DNA of 64,000 nucleotides from Amphiscolops sp. MND2022 (Eukaryota): NCBI GenBank assembly GCA_964187785.1, contig OZ076412.1, positions 39,866,001 to 39,930,000 of the forward strand, read 5' to 3'. Shown piece by piece: positions 12,947 to 21,793 of this stretch (position 1 is its first letter; each line of letters starts with the position of its first letter). The notes under the pieces were generated by a model. It saw only the letters and a program-made list of their open reading frames with translations, ran no database searches and was not told where the DNA came from. The position numbers and the translations under genes were made by a program.

Positions 12947-13130
12947 AGTAGTGTATATAATCGTATTTGACGCCAGCGCGAAGGGCGCAAGCTGGCTCAC
13001 TTCGTTCGCCCCCTTGCTTCGCCATTCGCTTCGCTCATGGCTACTTCGCGCTAACGTCAAATACGATTATATACACTACTTCTTTACCATCCTTACACCT
13101 ATCGTTAAATACGATTTCTTACACTACTTT
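12947..13130 (+). repeat. Polinton left terminal inverted repeat (self-complementary)
   Basis: Terminal 26-mer AGTAGTGTATATAATCGTATTTGACG, its exact reverse complement at 13055-13080, and a degenerate third copy ending at 13128. Confidence 0.9.
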
Positions 13131-13211
13131 GGTAATACTCTACTAACCATGTTTTAGAATAAAGCTGAAATTCTTTTGAACTGCTAAATTTCTATGAATT
13201 TCACTCTGTAA

Positions 13212-13410
13212 ATGTAAATATTGATTTTCAAAAGAAATTTTTTCAGACTGCTAATTAGTTGAGAAGGTAGATGTAAATATTGATTTTCAAAAGAAATTCT
13301 TTCAGACTGCTAATTAGTTGAGAAGGTAGATGTAAATATTGATTTTCAAACGAAATTCTTCCAGACTGCCAATTAGTTTAGAAGGTAGATGTAAATATTG
13401 ATTTTCAAAA
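13212..13410. repeat. 59-bp tandem repeat x3.3 inside the Polinton left arm
   Basis: ATGTAAATATTGATTTTCAAA... recurs at 13212, 13271, 13330 and 13389. Confidence 0.9.
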
Positions 13411-13646
13411 CAATTAAAAAGAAACGAGAAAAACTTGAGCACTGAAGTGAATTTAATTACACCAAAAATCAATAAAAACACCCAACATTTTCAAAAATTA
13501 TCTCCACTTCTACTGGGTTTTAAGAGATGGGGTTTTCACCATTGTGATCCTCTCTTCCATACGAGTAAAAAGAGATGTCGATGAGCAAAATCCGCCGAGT
13601 AGTTAACAAAACCCATCACCAAACGCATTCATTTGAAACAAGATAA

Positions 13647-13869
13647 AATCAAAAAATCTAATTTGACCATGCTGGTTATTTGACCATGCTAGTTATTTGA
13701 GCATGTGCGATTTTTGAATTACGCGCGCTCCTAGGTATGGATAGGTGGATAGCAAACCATTGCACGAATCAAAAAATCTAATTTGACCATGCTAGTTATT
13801 TGAGCATGTGCGATTTTTGAATTACGCGCGCTCCTAGGTATGGATAGGTGGATAGCAAACCATTGCATG
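13647..13869. repeat. ~103-bp tandem duplication upstream of the first Polinton ORF
   Basis: AATCAAAAAATCTAATTTGACCATGCT...GGATAGCAAACCATTGCA at 13647 (with an extra 17-bp internal duplication) and at 13767. Confidence 0.9.
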
Positions 13870-13931
13870 AATCCTCCAAACATTCATTTGTATTATTAAT
13901 TACAACTCAGTCGCCACACTCTCTTATCAAC

Positions 13932-14672
13932 ATGAGTGACAATCTCAAAACGAATATCAACCTTGCCAAAAAAATAAAGAAACTCGGATCCCGTCAGGAG
14001 GCTGTTTTGGCTGGTGTGGCAGACCAACTGACAGAAGAAGAGAAGGCAAATATCACCATTGCTCTAGGCAAAATGGATCAGCTCTCTAACAATATCAAGA
14101 TTGAAGATGATAAACCCACAAATCAAACCACATCGGGCGCACCAAATTTTGAAGCCTTCTTCTCAACATTCAGAAACGAGCTTCACGCATATGAGGAATC
14201 AGACAGAATGGACAGCTTGATGTTTTCATCAGGTGAGTATCTCCAATTCAAGACAAGTCTCTATGACAGCTTTGATCCGATGTACTACAAGCGCTATATC
14301 TCGCAAATTTACAAATTTGAAGGTCAAGCCAACCGAGTGTTGCTGTTTCTTGCTGCTGACCGAGGTTTCATTTATTCCAAAATGAAAGAAGATTGTCTCC
14401 TGAAAAATATCACATGGAGAGAATATCTCGCTGGACAGAAACTCTCATACACGACGGTGAACAACCATATTCAGTTTTACGATCTGGTGGAACTGTACCC
14501 GAGAGTGCTCATATCCGGAGCAACCAAAACAGAATGGTTCAAATTCACAAATCAATTCAAAGGGGCGATAAAAGATGCCGAAAGCATGAAAACGAGGTTG
14601 GCAGTCAGTTTAAAGGAATTCTTAGAGCAAGATGGCTCTCTTGAAGACGCCTGTGAAAACATTAAAATTTAA
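13932..14672 (+). CDS. Polinton accessory protein of unknown function (246 aa from the first ATG)
   Basis: Open frame inside the element; the track ORF starts at GTG 13848. Helical, with SYTTVNNHIQFYDLVELYP possibly HTH-like. Confidence 0.75.
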   Translation: MSDNLKTNINLAKKIKKLGSRQEAVLAGVADQLTEEEKANITIALGKMDQLSNNIKIEDDKPTNQTTSGAPNFEAFFSTFRNELHAYEESDRMDSLMFSSGEYLQFKTSLYDSFDPMYYKRYISQIYKFEGQANRVLLFLAADRGFIYSKMKEDCLLKNITWREYLAGQKLSYTTVNNHIQFYDLVELYPRVLISGATKTEWFKFTNQFKGAIKDAESMKTRLAVSLKEFLEQDGSLEDACENIKI

Positions 14673-14724
14673 TATTCCCCTCTATCTGTTTGGTGAGTTT
14701 GAAATGAATTTAGTCTATGGTCAC

Positions 14725-14837
14725 AATGTTTTAGTATCAGTTGAAACGAGACTTATACATTATAGCCTATCTCCACATGTTTAAGTATCCGTTGAACGGA
14801 GATTTATACATTATAGCCTATATCCACATGTTTAAGG
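14725..14837. repeat. ~52-bp tandem repeat x2
   Basis: ATGTTT(T/A)AGTATC(A/C)GTTGAA...TTATACATTATAGCCTAT..CCAC repeated. Confidence 0.8.
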
Positions 14838-15472
14838 ATAGGACTTACCATCTTACCATGGTAATAGTCGCAGGTTGGCGGTCATATCATAATATTGTGT
14901 ATAATCATGTATAATGTATAAAATACACCGGAAAAAATATATTCAAATTTTCAGTTTTTTCTAGAATAACTGTACAGAATAAAATAAATCTACTAAGGTG
15001 GAAGAATACTGATGAAAAAAGACAATCGAATTTTATGTTTTTTGTTCACCAAATAAAGGTTGCCATTTTCAGCACACAATACTGTGTTGCATATAATCAT
15101 TTTATTTGTATCTTTTGACTATTTTCTGTATTATTCGGGAAAACATATAACGACTGACTTTTTGGTTCTGTTGCTGTGGAAGAAAGACACCCCCTTTAAT
15201 TGGAACATTTGTAATACTCTTTTATCTAGTTACTGAATGTTTTCGTGTGGATTCGAAAAAAGAGTCAGTATTATAGTCGCGTTTCACTTCATGATGTGCC
15301 GGCTCAAAACAAACACGAGACGCCAATATGCTTATAACCAAATAAACGTTGATAATACTATTCAAATTTAAAACATGTAGTCTGTGATTATCAGTGTAGG
15401 TTTACCATTGCGCATGCCTATGTGTCTTGTATTTTTTAGTCATAGACATTTTCATGTCCAATTAAATAAAGA

Positions 15473-15883
15473 ATGAATTTAACATTCAAAGAATTTGTCA
15501 AGAAATATGGATTAAAAAACGAAGCAACTTCTAATGTAAAAATAAAAGGTATACTAGACATAATAAATAGACATATTCATGATTCCTGTAAAGTGTACAT
15601 GAGAGATGATAAATTTACAACTGATTCAGGAATTGTAAATTTACACCCCTCAGTGGGAACACACTGGGTCATGTTTATTAAGGAATATTACTTCGATTCA
15701 TATGGCTGCCCACCTCCAATAAACATACTCAACTATCTTAATATTGGTCAATACTCAGAATATCAAATTAAAAAAAATGATAGCTATTGCGCAGCGTATT
15801 GTTTATATGTTTTATATCTTACACAAAGTATAGGCTTTAAAAATGCAGTTTTAAGTTTATACTATCAGACATTTTGTCATTAA
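15473..15883 (+). CDS. Adenain-like cysteine (maturation) protease
   Basis: GIVNL, catalytic H (GTHWV), D (YFDSYG.PP) and C (SYCAAYC) in adenovirus-protease order. Confidence 0.92.
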   Translation: MNLTFKEFVKKYGLKNEATSNVKIKGILDIINRHIHDSCKVYMRDDKFTTDSGIVNLHPSVGTHWVMFIKEYYFDSYGCPPPINILNYLNIGQYSEYQIKKNDSYCAAYCLYVLYLTQSIGFKNAVLSLYYQTFCH

Positions 15884-15886
15884 TAA

Positions 15887-16054
15887 ATGAAGAAAATTAA
15901 TACTTATTCAGCTCAGTTTAAAGTCATATATCCAAAAGATCATTCAAAAAATAATAATACGAATGGTATTCCGAAAGAGAAAAAATTATCAAAAGATAGA
16001 CAAGAATTGATAAATAACATAGCTGCTAGTGGATTTAAACACTTTCATGCATAA
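15887..16054 (+). CDS. Small basic Polinton protein, 55 aa (below ORF-track cut-off)
   Basis: TAAATG start immediately after the protease stop; MKKINTYSAQFKVIYPKDH...ELINNIAASGFKHFHA*; the stop abuts the penton TAAATG. Confidence 0.65.
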   Translation: MKKINTYSAQFKVIYPKDHSKNNNTNGIPKEKKLSKDRQELINNIAASGFKHFHA

Positions 16055-16057
16055 TAA

Positions 16058-17269
16058 ATGGATCTATCAAACTTTGTAACTTATGATAAAAAGGAATCTC
16101 TTTTGCTGAATATTGCTAAATCTAATCAAGAAATTGTTGAAAATACTCATTCGAAACCACAAGAAACTCTAGAATTTAAAATGACTAAACAAAAAGAATC
16201 TTTTTCATTCGATGTTCCTCTCCAACTAAATGAAAATTGGATGATTGGAGTAACAAGTTTAGAAGTCTATAATACAGTTTATAATATCACTAATAGCAAT
16301 AACAAACTAGAGATTGTTCTGAATGATCAACAACTCAAAGAACTTAACCTTGACAGTGAATTATTAGTGTCTGTCGAAGATTTATATAAGGCCTATTTTG
16401 TTAAACCTTATAAGTATAATGAATTTATAGAAAAGGTTAATAAACTTATAACTAATAGTTATTCTAAAAAGAAGAAACTTACTAGAGTAGATTTTACCTA
16501 TTTAACAAAGATAATTGAATCACTTAATCAAATAAATAAAGAACGCCTCAATCAAGAAAAAATAAAGCAGGAAAAAATGAAACAAGAAAAAGAAGATCAA
16601 GAAAGAATAATTCAAGCATACAAAGACCACCTAAAACTTGAAAAAATAAATTGGGACGAAATAAATTGGGAGGAAATAAATTTGGATGAAATAAACCAAG
16701 AAGAAATAAACCAAATAAATCAAATAAATTTACCCCCCTTTGAAATTATTGAAAACGATTTCTTTGGAATACAACTAACACCAGGAGTTTATGAACTAGT
16801 TGATATAAATAATGCAATTAAACAAAAAATTCATGAAAGTGATTATGATTTTAAAATTGATAGAATACCAGACACAATATCAATGAAATCAGTTTTAACA
16901 ACCTCAAACTCTATTCATTTTAACTCCAGACTTAACATTCTTTTGGGATTTACAAACAAGGATTACCCACCCGGAACTCACACTTCAGAGAAACCAGTTA
17001 TGATAACGACCACCGATAAAGTTCACCTGAAGTGCGACTGCGTAGATGGTTCAATTGTTAATGGAATTAGAGAACAAATCCTGTTTAGTTTTAATCTTAG
17101 TGCTCCTCCGGGATATAAAATTATAAATAATCCGACTACTGTTTTGTACAAAAAGATAAACAAAACAAGATTAGACCAGATACAATTTTTTCTTGAAGAC
17201 TCCAACCACAACCCAGTAGATTTCAACAACGAGACACTCACATTCACAATTCAAATCATCAAGATTTAA
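16058..17269 (+). CDS. Minor capsid protein (penton, single jelly-roll) with internal insertion
   Basis: Polinton penton-type C-terminus LGF...VHLKCDCVDGSIVNG.REQILFSF...PGYKI...I.FFLED.N.NPVDFNNETLTFTIQI. Confidence 0.85.
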   Translation: MDLSNFVTYDKKESLLLNIAKSNQEIVENTHSKPQETLEFKMTKQKESFSFDVPLQLNENWMIGVTSLEVYNTVYNITNSNNKLEIVLNDQQLKELNLDSELLVSVEDLYKAYFVKPYKYNEFIEKVNKLITNSYSKKKKLTRVDFTYLTKIIESLNQINKERLNQEKIKQEKMKQEKEDQERIIQAYKDHLKLEKINWDEINWEEINLDEINQEEINQINQINLPPFEIIENDFFGIQLTPGVYELVDINNAIKQKIHESDYDFKIDRIPDTISMKSVLTTSNSIHFNSRLNILLGFTNKDYPPGTHTSEKPVMITTTDKVHLKCDCVDGSIVNGIREQILFSFNLSAPPGYKIINNPTTVLYKKINKTRLDQIQFFLEDSNHNPVDFNNETLTFTIQIIKI

Positions 17270-17278
17270 TATAAATAA

Positions 17279-17680
17279 ATGAGCTTCAATAAATTTAAAA
17301 CTAAGTCTTATTGTGTTGGTGGTAAACACTATTCTGCTACAACTAATATTCGAGGAGATATTTCTCAAAATAAAAAAACTGGCATGCCAGTTAAACTCCT
17401 ACGTGGTGTGTGTGTAACATGTAAAAGAAATAAATCCCTTATAGTATCTGATCAAACTATTTCAGCCGAGGGATTGGGTGACTTCTTTAAACATATTGGC
17501 AAAGCTGCAAAGAATGTTGGAAAGAAAATACTCAATAATCCTGGTAGAGCACTAGAACTCGCAGCTAATATTGGTACCGCAGCAGCAAGTAAAAATCCAC
17601 GAATGATAGCTGCAACTGCTCCTGATATTATAAAATTTGTTCATCAAGGAAAAGGCTTATATTTGGGAAAAATTCATTAA
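17279..17680 (+). CDS. Putative virion protein: Cys/Zn N-terminus plus amphipathic cationic helix
   Basis: YCVGGKH...GVCVTCKRNKS, then EGLGDFFKHIGKAAKNVGKKIL; ends GKGLYLGKIH. Confidence 0.75.
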   Translation: MSFNKFKTKSYCVGGKHYSATTNIRGDISQNKKTGMPVKLLRGVCVTCKRNKSLIVSDQTISAEGLGDFFKHIGKAAKNVGKKILNNPGRALELAANIGTAAASKNPRMIAATAPDIIKFVHQGKGLYLGKIH

Positions 17681-17695
17681 ATTTATGGTTAATAA

Positions 17696-18616
17696 ATGTA
17701 TTCAATACATAATCGTGATGATTTAGAAAAATTAAAAAAATTGCAAAAAACAAAATCTTCACTCCACAAAGAAAGATTAAAAGAGAAACTTGGGAAGCAA
17801 GACTTTCATTACGATATGGAAGAAGTTTTTGAACCCGTTACTGAAAACCAGAAACAAAACCAAACTAAACAACAAGAACTTTCTGAAAAGCAAATACAAG
17901 CGCTACGTGATTCTACTCAAACTACAACACAAGCAATCGAAAATCAGGCAAGAGCAATAGAACACAGTAGTGATATTTTAAATAAAAATTTACAAAAATC
18001 TATTAAAGATGCTAATTCCAACCAAGTAGACAGTTCAATTGTTAAAACAGTTTCCAACCTTCTCAATGACAAAAACAAAAGTCAATTTAGTTTAGAACCT
18101 GTTTTAGGAAGTTCAAATTTCTTCACAATTAACCACACTGATCCTCAACTAGTACAAATCAAAGGTTCAACGATGACTTTCCAGAATGGTAACACATATA
18201 ATTTAAATGATCCGGATCTTTCATCTTTTATAACTAATGCACAAATAGATAAAAAAATACAAAACGAGAATCTTATTTATAATTTTTTAAAAGATATGAA
18301 ATATGATCTTAATTATGGAGATAAAAAATCAAAGAGGTATTATTTCATTAAACATTTGATTAATCAATACACATATCAACAATCCCAATCGGGAAGTGGA
18401 TTAAATCAGTATATCTTCCTCCCATCTGACCCAGATGAGCTTGTAGATCAACTTAAACTAATCGTGTTAGAAAAAGTAGGAGGAAATGATAATCCTATGC
18501 TGAGCGAACAAATCATAGCAATTGCTGATAAACTTTTACAATACCAATGCATTACAACAAATCAACATCAAAACATTGTTTCAGCTTTTACTAAAAAGGA
18601 TCAGTTTGTGGATTAA
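17696..18616 (+). CDS. Conserved Polinton core-type protein of unknown function
   Basis: N-terminal EEVFEPVT coiled coil and C-terminal GSG...LPSDPDELVDQLKLIVLEKVGGNDN, resembling the DPNELxxRLxLL...GN motif common in Polinton proteins. Confidence 0.75.
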   Translation: MYSIHNRDDLEKLKKLQKTKSSLHKERLKEKLGKQDFHYDMEEVFEPVTENQKQNQTKQQELSEKQIQALRDSTQTTTQAIENQARAIEHSSDILNKNLQKSIKDANSNQVDSSIVKTVSNLLNDKNKSQFSLEPVLGSSNFFTINHTDPQLVQIKGSTMTFQNGNTYNLNDPDLSSFITNAQIDKKIQNENLIYNFLKDMKYDLNYGDKKSKRYYFIKHLINQYTYQQSQSGSGLNQYIFLPSDPDELVDQLKLIVLEKVGGNDNPMLSEQIIAIADKLLQYQCITTNQHQNIVSAFTKKDQFVD

Positions 18617-19412
18617 AGATTTTATACTCTGGATTAGATTCATTGCACAGTTTATACTTACATCCGTTTTTATCTTCTAGCCTGTTTATTAATAAATAGT
18701 TGTATTTTTCTTTCCATGCCTCCCTGCACAAACTTTTAAATTCATCATAAGACATATCAAAACCTGCAATATCTCTGTATATATTTTCTACATCTTTCAA
18801 TGTTTGTTGAAATAAAATTATGATATTACTATTATTGCGTATGGTGCGTTTAGGCAAATCGAAATATGACTGTGATAAATAATAAACATCTAAATCATTA
18901 TGTCTTCCCCTAGTAAAAAATGGATCTATTAATTTCTGATTCGAGTCTAACATATCATCAAATACAACACAACAATTTTGAAAATCTTGTATTGTTCTAT
19001 CTTCTAGATCGTCTTCCACTGAAACGTCTTCTAGTTGTATGTTCTCGTATTGTTCCGGAGATCTAGTTATGATTTTTATTTGTTGTTCTGGGTTATCCAA
19101 GCGAATTAATTGTAATTTGTTTAATAACAAAAAAGTCTTACCACAAAATGAAGGACCAACTATTAATGTTCGATTTAATGCATCAGCCTCAATTGTATTA
19201 TTTGTATCAGTTTTATGAATGTTTTTTATATGCTTTGACAAATATGTTTTATTGAATTCACGGTTACAAAATTCACACCTCATCTTCCTATTAAAACAAC
19301 TAATACACTTAATATATACATCACCATTTTTATATTTATAGAAATCTTCTTCAGATTTAAAAATATTACACCCTTTACAGATTTTTTTATTACCACAATT
19401 TAAACTGTTCAT
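18591..19412 (-). CDS. A32/FtsK-like DNA packaging ATPase with N-terminal zinc fingers
   Basis: Walker A GPSFCGKT, Walker B VVFDDM, RGRH, SQSY, IRNN; N-terminal CKGC...CISC and CEFC-x12-H-x4-H. Confidence 0.93.
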   Translation of the reverse strand: MNSLNCGNKKICKGCNIFKSEEDFYKYKNGDVYIKCISCFNRKMRCEFCNREFNKTYLSKHIKNIHKTDTNNTIEADALNRTLIVGPSFCGKTFLLLNKLQLIRLDNPEQQIKIITRSPEQYENIQLEDVSVEDDLEDRTIQDFQNCCVVFDDMLDSNQKLIDPFFTRGRHNDLDVYYLSQSYFDLPKRTIRNNSNIIILFQQTLKDVENIYRDIAGFDMSYDEFKSLCREAWKEKYNYLLINRLEDKNGCKYKLCNESNPEYKIFNPQTDPF

Positions 19413-19440
19413 TTATTTAGTAAAATTCCGTTGTAAAATG

Positions 19441-19596
19441 AATCACTAAGACGATTTTTTGTCACTAAGACCCACCTCTTAGTGAATAAGAAACACTAAG
19501 AATCACTAAGGGTCACTAAGACCCACCTCTTAGTGAATAAGAAACACTAAGAATCACTAAGAGTCACTAAGAGTCACTAAGACCCAACACTTAGTG
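19441..19596. repeat. CACTAAG array in the divergent ATPase/integrase intergenic region
   Basis: 9 direct CACTAAG and 3 inverted CTTAGTG; direct copies within clusters are spaced 10 bp apart. Confidence 0.85.
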
Positions 19597-19632
19597 ATAA
19601 AAATACCACTTTCAACCATTCTAATCTATTAA

Positions 19633-20484
19633 ATGAACCTGAAACAAAAAATAGCTAAAGAAATATTCTCTCCTGTAGTTAAAAAATTTGACCGCATCCA
19701 AATACAAACTCACTATAAAGATGAGTGTTGGAGTATTGATCTGATAGACCGATCTAGCTTAGCAAAATACAACAAAAATTACAAGTTTATTTTTACAATA
19801 ATTGACAATCATACTAAATTTGCATGGGCGATTCCTCTTAAAGATAAATCAGGAAAAAGTACAACGACTGCATTCAAGAAACTAATAGAAACTAGTAAAA
19901 GAAAACCTGAAAAAGTGTGGTCGGATAGAGGTAAAGAGTTCTATAATAAAACATTTTTGGATTTTCTTAAACAAAATGAAATACAAATTTATTCAACTCA
20001 CTCAGATTCGAAAGCTGTTTTTGTTGAACGTTTCAATAGAACATTATTAGATCTTATCAAAGAACCGATGTATATTGAAGGTAAAGCTTGTTGGTTGAAT
20101 CATATTAACAGTGCTTTGGATAAGTATAATAATCGTGTGCATACCACAACCCGCATGACACCGTTTGAAGCTAGTAATAAACCAATAGATCCACCTACTT
20201 TTGTTAATAAACCGAAACAACCCAAATTTCAAGTGGGAGACTATGTAAGAGTTCCTTATAAAAGGAACATTTATTCAAAAGGCTATACAACAAATTGGAA
20301 TAGAGAACTTTTTAAAATACAAAAAATTAATCCAACTAACCCCATAACCTATACTTTAGAAGACGAAAACAACGAGCAAATAGCAGGAAAATATTATGAA
20401 CAAGAACTTTTAAGAAGTGTATTCAACTTTGAATCTAATAACAAAATGTTAGAAAGTATGAATATTTTCCATCAGTTTGAGTAA
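19633..20484 (+). CDS. int: Retroviral-type (rve) DDE integrase
   Basis: WSIDLID (D), VWSDRGKEF (D), VERFNRTL (E); C-terminal KFQVGDYVR...YEQEL; no chromodomain visible. Confidence 0.95.
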   Translation: MNLKQKIAKEIFSPVVKKFDRIQIQTHYKDECWSIDLIDRSSLAKYNKNYKFIFTIIDNHTKFAWAIPLKDKSGKSTTTAFKKLIETSKRKPEKVWSDRGKEFYNKTFLDFLKQNEIQIYSTHSDSKAVFVERFNRTLLDLIKEPMYIEGKACWLNHINSALDKYNNRVHTTTRMTPFEASNKPIDPPTFVNKPKQPKFQVGDYVRVPYKRNIYSKGYTTNWNRELFKIQKINPTNPITYTLEDENNEQIAGKYYEQELLRSVFNFESNNKMLESMNIFHQFE

Positions 20485-20504
20485 TTATGCTGAACTAAAT
20501 AAGA

Positions 20505-21194
20505 ATGTCATTACATAAGTTTGGTTATAGTGCTGAAAGCCTACAAAAAGACAAGATTGAGAATCTTGAAAAAGAATTGGAGTCACAAACCAAATTATTC
20601 AACTTAAAACTTTATGATTTGTCTAATAATTTAGAAAATTTTAATAACCTACAAGAAGTTATATTTGACAACGGTGAAACAAAGGTATTAGTCAATGCAA
20701 AAACGTTTGTAGACATAAACAAAAATATAGAAGATATAAAAATAAATTTGAAATACTTAGAACAAGATATTAAAAATAAATTATTAGAAAAGAAGGAAGA
20801 AATAATTTTGGATGCTGCTAAGTTGGTAGAAGAACAACAAACCATTTTGCGAAATAGTTTCGAGAGAAACCTTATTTCAGAATTGGAAAAAAGCAAAAAC
20901 CAAGCAGTCAAGGATGTTATACAACTACTGTATAGCAAAGGATTGTTTGACTCATTTGAAAATAAGGACCAAATATTCCAGTCGTATTTGACCTTCTCAA
21001 ACCAATACTTGCTTGAAAAATACGGAACAGAAATAAAGACATCAGATGGTGTGTATTATTTATCAGACTTGGACTATTCAACGAGAGAAGATATTGTGAA
21101 GTGTTTAAAAAAAGATGAATACAAAGGTATAGTTGACCTTAAATATAGAATGAAACTAACCACGAGTGAAATCAATTTCATACTTTTTGACTAA
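20505..21194 (+). CDS. Coiled-coil Polinton protein of unknown function
   Basis: 229-aa open frame; N-terminal MSLHKFG resembles the MSxDKFG-type start seen in Polinton fibre/structural ORFs. Confidence 0.7.
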   Translation: MSLHKFGYSAESLQKDKIENLEKELESQTKLFNLKLYDLSNNLENFNNLQEVIFDNGETKVLVNAKTFVDINKNIEDIKINLKYLEQDIKNKLLEKKEEIILDAAKLVEEQQTILRNSFERNLISELEKSKNQAVKDVIQLLYSKGLFDSFENKDQIFQSYLTFSNQYLLEKYGTEIKTSDGVYYLSDLDYSTREDIVKCLKKDEYKGIVDLKYRMKLTTSEINFILFD

Positions 21195-21198
21195 ATAA

Positions 21199-21735
21199 AT
21201 GAATGAAAAATTATACCCCAGTTTGCAACCACAAGTAGATAGTTTAGAGCAACACCTAAACCTACGATTGAAAGAAATAAACAGTTTCAATAATTCAATT
21301 CAAAATATAAAAGATATTAAAAATTTTTATAATCATGAAGCCAAAAAGTATAAAAAGAAAAGTAAACAATACAAGCTCATAAATTGTTTAATACAATCTG
21401 TTGATGGCGTTTCAATACTAGCTGTATCATCAACAAGTGTCACTCTCAGCATTACTGGAGTTGGACTGGTTGTTGTCCCCGTTGCTAGTGGTATTGGTGC
21501 AGGTTTATGTATAATCAGTAAGCTTCTTGGTGAGTACCTGAAAAGAAAAGAACAACACAACCTTAAGAAATATACCCTTGCTGGTAGAACACTACATGAT
21601 TTCTGTAAACTACATTCAAAATGTTTAGAAGACAATAAAATCGATCTGAATGAATATAACAAACTAAAACAATCTTATGATACATACAAAACGGACAAAA
21701 CTAAACTAAATTCTGAGTTTACTTTTTTAGGCTAA
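21199..21735 (+). CDS. Hydrophobic-hairpin membrane protein (adintovirus GasderminX-like; family label inferred)
   Basis: LYPSL start, basic helix, Gly-rich hydrophobic stretch GVSILAVSSTSVTLSITGVGLVVVPVASGIGAGLCII, C-terminal SKCLEDNKID..EY. Confidence 0.65.
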   Translation: MNEKLYPSLQPQVDSLEQHLNLRLKEINSFNNSIQNIKDIKNFYNHEAKKYKKKSKQYKLINCLIQSVDGVSILAVSSTSVTLSITGVGLVVVPVASGIGAGLCIISKLLGEYLKRKEQHNLKKYTLAGRTLHDFCKLHSKCLEDNKIDLNEYNKLKQSYDTYKTDKTKLNSEFTFLG

Positions 21736-21793
21736 CATTATTTAGTAAAAACAATATCAGTATAAATTTTAAATCATGATTTTTTGTATATAA

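Noticed and set aside
12951-13157. ORFs starting MYIIVFD at both Polinton ends (also 27893-28300)
   Set aside because: GTG-started read-through of TIR/hairpin sequence; the similarity reflects the TIRs, not a protein.
14840-15470. Possible extra minus-strand Polinton gene in the long intergenic gap
   Set aside because: All frames read by hand contain several stops and no recognisable motif. It may be a decayed gene but is unsupported.
13212-19596. CRISPR-like arrays (59-bp, 103-bp and CACTAAG repeats; also the 28-bp repeat at 61690)
   Set aside because: Head-to-tail repeats without unique spacers, in a eukaryotic context, with no cas genes.
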